In this document: positions 40,680-48,249 of the stretch, piece after piece
Layout of the letters: each line of letters opens with the position of its first letter
Position numbering within the stretch: the first letter of the stretch is position 1
DNA from: a bacterium
GTDB lineage: Bacteria > Patescibacteriota > Andersenbacteria > UBA10190 > CAIZMI01
NCBI GenBank assembly: GCA_030647555.1
Contig: JAUSJG010000008.1
Location: forward strand, 193,467-257,466
Direction: 5' to 3'
DNA: 64,000 nt
Notes under the pieces: generated by a model
Told to the model about the DNA's origin: nothing
The model's input: the letters and a program-made list of their open reading frames with translations, nothing else
Databases searched by the model: none
Made by a program: the position numbers and the translations under genes

Positions 40680-41501
40680 ATGACGCGAGAGGTCAAATCG
40701 GAATCGCAGTCTTTTTTGCAAAAAGACCCGTCAAGAACGTGGTTGTGGGTGTTTGGTGGAATAATTATTCTAATAATTTTGGTTGGTTTGGGAAGTGTAT
40801 TTTTACCGGAACAATTTATGGTAAAAAATGTGGTTGTTAGCAATACCCGACCGGAAGTGGCGCAACAAATTAAAAACTATGTTCAGGAGGTTGTACAAAA
40901 TAAGTCAAAATTATTTGGCAAGACAAGTATCTTTCTTGTTCCGCGAGATTTCTTAGAGTATGAATTACCGAATAAATTTGCCATTATCAAAACAGTACAA
41001 ATACTGCGTGAATTGCCAAGTACGGTTCATATTGTTATTCAAGAAAAAGTTCCCGTGGCGGTTTTGATATCGGGCGGGGTAAGTTACGCGCTTGATCCCG
41101 GCGGTGTGGCCTTTGAAGAATTTTCCCAAGAGAGAATGCAGACAAATAAATATCCGATTATCAGCGACGAGCGAAAAACGACGGAAATAGATGTTGGTAA
41201 ATCCGTAATGGATCCGAGGATTTTGACTATGATGCACGATATCGCCCGTCTATTTCCCGAAAGGTTTGGGATACAAATTGATAAAATTACGATCCCCGCG
41301 ATTGGTAGTCAGGAATTGCATGTTTACACCAGTGAAGGTTGGATGTTAGTTTTGGACAATAGCAGAACGCTGGATGAGCAGTTTTTGGTACTGGAAAAAA
41401 TACTCACGGAACAGATCACTAATGATAAAAGACCAATGTTGAGCTATATTGACCTAAGGGCGGCAGGAAAAGCTTTTTTTAAGTTTAAGGATGGCACATG
41501 A
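40680..41501 (+). CDS. ftsQ: Cell division protein FtsQ/DivIB-like
   Basis: Single TM, POTRA-like segment ending LPSTVHIVIQEKVPVA, C-terminal YIDLR. Confidence 0.75.
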   Translation: MTREVKSESQSFLQKDPSRTWLWVFGGIIILIILVGLGSVFLPEQFMVKNVVVSNTRPEVAQQIKNYVQEVVQNKSKLFGKTSIFLVPRDFLEYELPNKFAIIKTVQILRELPSTVHIVIQEKVPVAVLISGGVSYALDPGGVAFEEFSQERMQTNKYPIISDERKTTEIDVGKSVMDPRILTMMHDIARLFPERFGIQIDKITIPAIGSQELHVYTSEGWMLVLDNSRTLDEQFLVLEKILTEQITNDKRPMLSYIDLRAAGKAFFKFKDGT

Positions 41502-42307
41502 TACTAACGGAAGAAGAAATCGAAATCGACGGTATTTCATATCGTTATTTGCATGGCGGAAAAAGCGGTGGAATTCCGATTTTGTTTTTACATGGCTGGG
41601 GCAGTAAGGCGGAAAGCTACCGAAAAGCGAGCACTTTTTTTCCGGATGATTTTCCGGAAATTGTTATTCCCAATCTTCCTGGTTTTGGATTTGCCCCGGT
41701 ACCGAGCACAATTTGGGGTATTAAAGAATACACTGACTGGGTAAACAAGCTCATTCAAAAACTTGGCTGGTCAAAACTGTTTTTGGCTGGACATTCATTT
41801 GGCGGTCGTTTGACTATATATATTGCTTCTCATCAGCCGGAGTTGTTATCGGGAATTATTTTATACGCCACGGCGGGAACAACAAGGCGCAACCAAAAAA
41901 GACTCTCATTCTTTAATATTATCGCCAAATTAGGAAAGGCGATATTGAGTTTGCCAGGGCTTCATTTTATTTATCCAATCGCGGAAAAAACTCTATACAA
42001 ATTAGTTGGCAACACAGATTACTTGTATGCGGGAGAAAAACGCGAAATATTCAAAAAAGTTATTAACGAGGACCTTTCTGGGTTAGTAAAAGATATTTTT
42101 GTTCCAACGAAGCTCCTTTGGGGAAAAGATGATTTTCAAACACCGCTCGCCGATGCCGAATATATTCATCAAAACATAAAGGGTTCGGAACTTAAGGTAA
42201 TCTCTGGCGAGGGGCATATTATGCACTCGAGAAATCCGGAACTGTTTGCAAAAGAATTTTCCGAATTGGTTGCTAAATTATTGAGTGAAACAAGCCATGG
42301 TAAATAG
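41498..42307 (+). CDS. Alpha/beta hydrolase
   Basis: FLHGWG, LPGFG, GHSFGG nucleophile elbow, WGKDD, GH. Confidence 0.92.
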   Translation: MILTEEEIEIDGISYRYLHGGKSGGIPILFLHGWGSKAESYRKASTFFPDDFPEIVIPNLPGFGFAPVPSTIWGIKEYTDWVNKLIQKLGWSKLFLAGHSFGGRLTIYIASHQPELLSGIILYATAGTTRRNQKRLSFFNIIAKLGKAILSLPGLHFIYPIAEKTLYKLVGNTDYLYAGEKREIFKKVINEDLSGLVKDIFVPTKLLWGKDDFQTPLADAEYIHQNIKGSELKVISGEGHIMHSRNPELFAKEFSELVAKLLSETSHGK

Positions 42308-43895
42308 TATTTTGGTATTTGCGATCGGTGTACTGTGGTTGATTGCGATTTGTCGCTTGATTATTTTGCAGGTGGCTACCTGGCAATTAAAAGAATATCG
42401 TTGGGACAGAATGCGTGAATATCTTCGGTTGGGAAGCACGAAACAGGTTCTTATGAGTCCGATAGAATTGGCCAAATGGTTGTTGCTATTTCTGTTTTTT
42501 GCCGGAAACACCTTATTTGGTTTATATTCCTGGTTTGTACTCGCGATATATATTCTTGATTTATTGTTATTAGTAAAAGAGTTAAGACGACACATGATCA
42601 TACGGCCGGCAATGACGATAAAGGCAATCGGTATGATAGCAATATCTCTTTCGGTCATCTTTGCGCTCTTAGGTCTAATGTTTCTTAACGGGGTATTTAT
42701 TGTGGCGACGTTGGTGTTTCTGGATCGTCTCACGGCGGTTATTGTTACGACATTTGTGTTTTTATTTTTTCCATTGTCTGCAATACTAAAGCGACGAAAA
42801 ATTAACGCGGCAAAAAAATTACGCGGAGGCCTGGGACAAGTTGTAGTGATTGGTATTACCGGAAGTTATGGTAAGTCGAGTACAAAAAATATTTTAGCTA
42901 CAATATTAGATGGCGATAATATATTGGTGACTCCCGGCAACACGAACACAGAAATTGGTGTTGCGCAATTGATGCTTAATCAACTAACAGAAAACATAAA
43001 CTATTTTGTTGCGGAAATGGGTGCTTATCGTATTGGAGAAATTAAGAGTTTGGCCGAATTAGTTCAGCCCAAAATTGGCATTCTTACGGCAGTGGGGAAT
43101 CAGCATCTTGGGCTTTTTGGTTCCCATGAAAATATCAGAAAGGCAAAATCCGAACTTATTGCATCGTTGCCGGCAGACGGGACAGCAATATTAAATGCGG
43201 ATGATCCGATTTGTTTCGATATATCGAAACAAATTACGCACTGTGAGGTTTTGACGTATGGACTGTCGGATGAGGCCGATTTGCAAGCAAAAATAATTAG
43301 TTCTAATGAAAATGGAATTGAGGTTAAAATATTTGGATTAGTGCCGGAAACGATGATTGTTATGCCTGTAGTTGGACAGCATCAACTTGGTAATGTTTTG
43401 GCCGGCATTTTAACGGCTATTGTCCTTGGAAAAAAATGGCCGGAAATTCAATTAAAACTTCAAAATATCAGGATGGTTAAACAAACGATGGAAAAATATA
43501 CTACCGCGCAAGGCGCATTGGTTATCAACGATTCTTATAATGCCAACGTAAGTGGGGTTATCGCGGCGATAGAAAATCTAAAATCTTTTTCGCAATCCCA
43601 AAAAATTGTTATTTTAACGCCGATGATTGAATTGGGAAGTGACTCGGCAACCGCGCACGAGCAAGTGGGGGCCGTGCTAGCTAGGGTTGCGACGCGTGTT
43701 TATTATACCGGGACGGATTTTAAAAATGAACTCTTGGCGGGCGCTAAATTAGTAAATCCCGATTTCAAAATTAAAACTCAGACGCAAGCAAGTGAAATTA
43801 TTAAAGATCTGTATCCTGTCCTCGGAAATGACGCGGTTGTACTGCTAGAGGGCCGTGTTCCGAAATTAATTCGAGAATCATTGCATACAAAATGA
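42297..43895 (+). CDS. murF: MurF-like Mur ligase with N-terminal transmembrane region
   Basis: GITGSYGKSSTK, NTEIGV, EMGA, INDSYNAN, MIELG; about 165 hydrophobic N-terminal residues. Confidence 0.85.
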   Translation: MVNSILVFAIGVLWLIAICRLIILQVATWQLKEYRWDRMREYLRLGSTKQVLMSPIELAKWLLLFLFFAGNTLFGLYSWFVLAIYILDLLLLVKELRRHMIIRPAMTIKAIGMIAISLSVIFALLGLMFLNGVFIVATLVFLDRLTAVIVTTFVFLFFPLSAILKRRKINAAKKLRGGLGQVVVIGITGSYGKSSTKNILATILDGDNILVTPGNTNTEIGVAQLMLNQLTENINYFVAEMGAYRIGEIKSLAELVQPKIGILTAVGNQHLGLFGSHENIRKAKSELIASLPADGTAILNADDPICFDISKQITHCEVLTYGLSDEADLQAKIISSNENGIEVKIFGLVPETMIVMPVVGQHQLGNVLAGILTAIVLGKKWPEIQLKLQNIRMVKQTMEKYTTAQGALVINDSYNANVSGVIAAIENLKSFSQSQKIVILTPMIELGSDSATAHEQVGAVLARVATRVYYTGTDFKNELLAGAKLVNPDFKIKTQTQASEIIKDLYPVLGNDAVVLLEGRVPKLIRESLHTK

Positions 43896-45133
43896 TTGCT
43901 ATTTCCCTCGCTCCAAATTTTGAAACAAAGGACGCTTTATTGGCACTGAAACAGCTGTTTTTGCCATGGCGTTGGCGTAAAGGTACTGCCAATCAAAGAT
44001 TGGTCGCTAAATTACAAGCAATACTTGGCAGGAAGGAAATTTATACGGTTAATAGCGCGCGTTGGGGACTATATTTATTGCTTCAGAATTTGCGTCTTGA
44101 GAAAGATACGGAAGTTTTATTGCAGGCGTTTACTTGCGTCTCCGTTCCAGGCCCGGTGCTCTGGAATAATTTGAAACCGGTTTACGTTGATATTCTGGAA
44201 AGAGAATTAACAATGGATCCTCTTGATCTGGAGCGAAAAATTACAGCTAAAAGTCGGGTAATTATTGTTCAACACACTTTTGGCATACCGGCTCGGATGG
44301 ACGAAATAATGACGATTGCCAAGAAACACAACTTAATTGTGATCGAGGATTGCGCACATACGCTTGGAGGGAAACATCGCGATAAGCTTTTGGGCACGAT
44401 TGGTGACGCCTCAATTTTTAGTTTTGGTCGCGACAAAGCAATCTCAAGTGTTTTTGGTGGTGCAATTATGGTTAATAATCAAAAAGTGTTTACTAGTATT
44501 AAGTCTGCTGTGGCAGAATTGCCATTGAGTAAAAACGGGTGGGTTCTCCAGCAACTGATGCATCCGATTTTGTTTGAGTTGATTATTAAGCCATTATATT
44601 TCACGGCGCAGATCGGAAAGATAAAATTAGTCTTCGCTCAGAAGGTCGGTCTGCTTTCTAAAGCCATCGCGTCACATGAAAAGTCTGGCGGTAAGCCCGC
44701 TTTTGAATGCGCAAAATTATCAAACGCGTTGGCGGAACTGGCCTGTTTTCAATTAAGCCGGTTAGAGGCATTTAACGCGCGTCGTCGCGAAATCGTTGAA
44801 ATATACAACAAGGAATTACACCAATCTGGTTTTGATGGACAGAGTTTATTGCGTTATCCGATTTTTGTTGATGAACCGCGAAAATTGTTATTAGCGGCTC
44901 GCAAAGAAAAGATTTTGCTAGGGGACTGGTATGAAGTGATTGCGCCAAAAGACACGGATCTAAAGGCCGTACAATATGTCGCGGGTTCTTGTCCAGTGGC
45001 GGAATCGGTCGCTAAGAGAGAGATAAATTTACCGACCTACTACACGCTAAAAAACAGTGACCTAAAGAAAATCGTGGAGTTTACTTTAAGGACTGTCCCT
45101 AAAGTAAACGGCTACTTTAGGGACAGTCCTTAA
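43892..45133 (+). CDS. DegT/DnrJ/EryC1/StrS PLP aminotransferase
   Basis: IEDCAH, FSFGRDK (PLP lysine), INLP; C-terminus is supplied by a palindrome. Confidence 0.9.
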   Translation: MIAISLAPNFETKDALLALKQLFLPWRWRKGTANQRLVAKLQAILGRKEIYTVNSARWGLYLLLQNLRLEKDTEVLLQAFTCVSVPGPVLWNNLKPVYVDILERELTMDPLDLERKITAKSRVIIVQHTFGIPARMDEIMTIAKKHNLIVIEDCAHTLGGKHRDKLLGTIGDASIFSFGRDKAISSVFGGAIMVNNQKVFTSIKSAVAELPLSKNGWVLQQLMHPILFELIIKPLYFTAQIGKIKLVFAQKVGLLSKAIASHEKSGGKPAFECAKLSNALAELACFQLSRLEAFNARRREIVEIYNKELHQSGFDGQSLLRYPIFVDEPRKLLLAARKEKILLGDWYEVIAPKDTDLKAVQYVAGSCPVAESVAKREINLPTYYTLKNSDLKKIVEFTLRTVPKVNGYFRDSP

Positions 45134-45136
45134 AGT
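45083..45136. repeat. Perfect 24-bp inverted repeat with GGACTGTCCC/GGGACAGTCC core
   Basis: actttaaggactgtccctaaagta-aacggc-tactttagggacagtccttaaagt. Confidence 0.93.
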
Positions 45137-45145
45137 GTTAAACCT

Positions 45146-46153
45146 ATGCAAATAAAAGAAATCACGAGTAAGTCGGACTGGGAAGGATTCTTGATAACCC
45201 AAAACTCCAACACGTTTTTACATGGTTGGAATTATGGTGTAATGCAGGAAAAACTCGGCGAAAAAGTAATTCGTTTTGGGTGTTACGAAAATGATGTTCT
45301 TGTTGGTGTTGCGATGGGTGTTTCGGTTACGGCAAGACGCGGTAAATTTTTGTTTTGCCCGCATGGCCCGATCGTTGTAAATAATGATTCTGAAAAAACG
45401 GAAGCTTTAATTTTGGCATTAAAGAAATCTGCGCAAGAAATCAGCTCGGCGTTTTTGCGGATCAGTCCGTTAGAATTGCAGGATGGTAAAAACGCCGAAC
45501 TCTATAAAAAACTGGGGATGCGACCGGCACCGATGCATATGCACGCCGAAACGATGTGGGTTTTGGATATTAAACCTTTCGAAGAAGATTTAATGAAGGG
45601 AATGCGTAAAACAACTCGGAATTTAGTGCGTCGTGCCGAGCGCGATGGTGTAAAAATTCGCATCAGTCGTGACGCAAAAGATTTGGATGTTTTTGAACAG
45701 CTGTACAAAGAAACAGCGGACCGCGAGAACTTTGTTGGATTTTCACGCAAATATTTGGAGGCGGAATTTAACGCGCTGGTGAATGACGGGCAAGTTTTCA
45801 TCGCTTTAGCGGAATATCAGGGCGATGTAATTTCCACAGCTCTTATTACTGTTTACGGCAATACCGGTTTTTATCATCAGGGCGCGTCAACGCGCAAACA
45901 TGCGAAAGTGCCGGGTGCGTATCTGCTCCAGTGGGAAATTATTCGCGAATTAAAGCGTCTTGGGATTCAGCGTTATAACTTTTGGGGTATCTCTGATGAT
46001 ATAAAACACCCTTGGGCGGGCTTATCGCTCTTCAAGCAGGGTTTTGGCGGTTATCGAGAAGATTACCTGCACGCACAGGATCTGCCACTAAAACCGTCAT
46101 ATTGGCTAACATACATAATCGAGCAAATAAGACGCAAAAAACGGGGGTATTGA
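45146..46153 (+). CDS. FemABX/MurM-family aminoacyl-tRNA-dependent peptidyltransferase
   Basis: FLHGWNYG, CPHGP, MRKTTRNLVRRA, YLLQWEII, YNFWGI, GLSLFKQGFGG. Confidence 0.9.
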   Translation: MQIKEITSKSDWEGFLITQNSNTFLHGWNYGVMQEKLGEKVIRFGCYENDVLVGVAMGVSVTARRGKFLFCPHGPIVVNNDSEKTEALILALKKSAQEISSAFLRISPLELQDGKNAELYKKLGMRPAPMHMHAETMWVLDIKPFEEDLMKGMRKTTRNLVRRAERDGVKIRISRDAKDLDVFEQLYKETADRENFVGFSRKYLEAEFNALVNDGQVFIALAEYQGDVISTALITVYGNTGFYHQGASTRKHAKVPGAYLLQWEIIRELKRLGIQRYNFWGISDDIKHPWAGLSLFKQGFGGYREDYLHAQDLPLKPSYWLTYIIEQIRRKKRGY

Positions 46154-46178
46154 CATGAATCTAGTCTGGTAGTAGGGT
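46150..46178 (+). promoter_or_regulatory. Promoter TTGACA-17-TAGGGT followed by boxA-like TGTTGTTTACAATCT and SD AAGGAGGTG
   Basis: Leader 46182-46240 aligns with the leader of the 20513 orphan. Confidence 0.75.
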
Positions 46179-46237
46179 TACATCTTGTTGTTTACAATCT
46201 ACGTTGTGTTTGTGTTTCTTTTTCAAGGAGGTGTTCC

Positions 46238-46465
46238 ATGGACACCGGAATTGTGGCTATCGTGGTTGGGGTAATCGGTGCGGGTTTGTTTTTGATCGGT
46301 GCCCTTGTCTGGGCTGGGAGTCGTGTCTCTAAAGGTTGGACCGGTCGAGACACGGTGATTGTGATCATAATGGTCGTATTGGTGATTCCTGTCGCAGTCG
46401 TCGCCCCTGGAGTGATTGTTCGATGGCAAGTTGCTCACGATGCAACTAGCACAATCGCGAAATAA
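46238..46465 (+). CDS. Orphan 75-aa two-TM membrane protein
   Basis: Strong SD, two hydrophobic helices, own promoter and terminator. Confidence 0.75.
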   Translation: MDTGIVAIVVGVIGAGLFLIGALVWAGSRVSKGWTGRDTVIVIIMVVLVIPVAVVAPGVIVRWQVAHDATSTIAK

Positions 46466-46490
46466 TGCGACTAATTCGTTGTGGTTGATT

Positions 46491-46520
46491 CAGAATAGGT
46501 AACACCTGTTCTGTTTTTTT
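46491..46520 (+). terminator. Intrinsic terminator
   Basis: CAGAATAGGT-aac-ACCTGTTCTG plus T tract. Confidence 0.8.
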
Positions 46521-46539
46521 ATTTCTTTGTTTATCCACT

Positions 46540-48249
46540 TTAAGGGTTACCCTTAAAGTACTTTCTCACCACGATATCTCCTTGATATCCAAACAGTTCC
46601 GAAAAACTTTTTTCCGATTCTAGTTTATATTCATCCGATACTGATAGTTTTGAACCTCCGAAACCGGTTGTGTCCACCGCCCAAATTACATCCGGTTTTT
46701 CTTGAAATATTTCGGGGCCGACAATATCATCTTTTGTTAGAATCGGTCCGCCACTGAAATGGGAAAGTTCGCCTGTTTCAGAATATAAACGCGGTGGCGT
46801 AATCTCCCCTTGCCCCGCTCTGATGAGCGAGGCTCGCCCAGATGGGCGGCCCTCTTTATTAAAGAAGGGAACGCTTGAGTGAAACAAGACCGAAAAATAG
46901 ACAAAACTGGAACTAACAAGGATTGGTTCGTTTTGATTGGCATTTTGTCGGAGATATTGTACGGCCGTGACTGTTCCGGGGTGATCTTGAAAATGCAGTG
47001 ATGTCCAGAATTGATTGACTGTATAAAAGCCATATCCGGCTATTATTAGCGCCACAACGGAACTAATATAAAACTTTTTTGGTAATAACGAAATACTGCG
47101 GGCAAGCAAGATAATTAATGGAATAGACGCAAAAACAAAGTAGCGGTCTTGGTAGATACTTGTTCCGCGTGATAGATACCACGCGCCAAGAAATGGAATA
47201 ATGAATGATGAAACAAGAAGCCAGTCGCCTTTTTTTCGACCAAATAATAGAGGAATAATTAATAATAAGGCAACCAAGACGGTGCAAATTATTGCGGTTT
47301 GATGAGAGAAATCACTTACTCCACCCAAGAGAAGGCGGGACATTGTGTTTGGAATCGACCAATCGTTCATCGGCGGAATCCAGTAGCTTTGTTGGACTTG
47401 GGCACGCTGTTTCAGGAAAGTTGTAAGCCAGGGCAGAAAAATGAGAACGGATAAAATCATACCGGATACTAATGACCATGTGTTGGCACTGCGAAGAGTC
47501 ACTAATGGTTTTTTAACAAGACGCAATATTAAATATCCGCCGATAAAAATAAAAATTCCCACGATGCTAAACAGGGCAAAGTAGTGGACATGAAATAACG
47601 CACCGATCAAAAGTCCTAAAATGATTCCGTCTCGCCAAATTTTTTTCGTCTCGGTTTGTTGTGCCGTCTTAATCATATATACCAACGCAAAACAGAGAAT
47701 TAGCGTACCGAGAGTGTACATTCTGGTTTCCCATGCGTATTGCACTTGAAAGGCGGAGACAGACGTTAAAAGGGCGCCAATAATCCCAACGCGTCTTGAG
47801 TTGAATAAAACTTTACCAGAAAAATAAACACCAAGGACTGTGGCGAAGGAAAGCAGTACGGAAAGAAGACGCAACCAAAATAAACTCACGTCTATTCCAA
47901 GTATGTGGAGAGGCGCGTTCCATAACCAAAGAATTAAGTAATAAAGAATCGGATGCACATCAGCGGCGGCGCGCTGTAAAAATTCCAGAAATGGGAATTG
48001 GATGAGACGCCACGAAAAGGCTTCGTCAAACCAAAGGGAACGGTCGGTGAGATGGGTAAGGCGGATAAGGAATGCAGACAGAAGAATGATGAACAGCGTG
48101 AAAGTAGTTATCAAGTTGTGCGCGTCGCGTTTCCCTCCCTTATTCAAGGGAGGGAGAGGGTGGGTTAGGAATGGGATCGCGCAAAACTTTCTTAATCCCT
48201 CCCAACCTCCCTTTGGTAAAGGGAGGAGACGACGCGACACCATTTTCAC
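46540..48249 (-). CDS. GT-C (PMT/GT39-like) membrane glycosyltransferase containing two repeat-derived segments
   Basis: IRL...SLWFDEAFS, DVHPILYY, ETRMY, RY motifs; GTGA overlap with the upstream stop (alternative ATG 48243). Confidence 0.85.
   Translation of the reverse strand: MKMVSRRLLPLPKGGWEGLRKFCAIPFLTHPLPPLNKGGKRDAHNLITTFTLFIILLSAFLIRLTHLTDRSLWFDEAFSWRLIQFPFLEFLQRAAADVHPILYYLILWLWNAPLHILGIDVSLFWLRLLSVLLSFATVLGVYFSGKVLFNSRRVGIIGALLTSVSAFQVQYAWETRMYTLGTLILCFALVYMIKTAQQTETKKIWRDGIILGLLIGALFHVHYFALFSIVGIFIFIGGYLILRLVKKPLVTLRSANTWSLVSGMILSVLIFLPWLTTFLKQRAQVQQSYWIPPMNDWSIPNTMSRLLLGGVSDFSHQTAIICTVLVALLLIIPLLFGRKKGDWLLVSSFIIPFLGAWYLSRGTSIYQDRYFVFASIPLIILLARSISLLPKKFYISSVVALIIAGYGFYTVNQFWTSLHFQDHPGTVTAVQYLRQNANQNEPILVSSSFVYFSVLFHSSVPFFNKEGRPSGRASLIRAGQGEITPPRLYSETGELSHFSGGPILTKDDIVGPEIFQEKPDVIWAVDTTGFGGSKLSVSDEYKLESEKSFSELFGYQGDIVVRKYFKGNP
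46801..46870. repeat. Hairpin repeat with nested 36-bp element (46814-46849), in frame within the GT-C gene
   Basis: Removing 36 bp gives aatctccccttgcccctctttattaaagaaggga, which matches the reverse complement of 62102-62135. Confidence 0.9.
48121..48236. repeat. Inverted doublet of CCCTCCCTT/AAGGGAGG hairpin repeats at the 5' end of the GT-C gene
   Basis: 48131-48166 and 48191-48231 are inverted copies, with cgcgtcg/cgacgcg outer arms. Confidence 0.9.

Noticed and set aside
46814-46849. CTGATGAG resembling a hammerhead ribozyme core
   Set aside because: There is no GAAA after the following stem, and the other two copies lack the motif.
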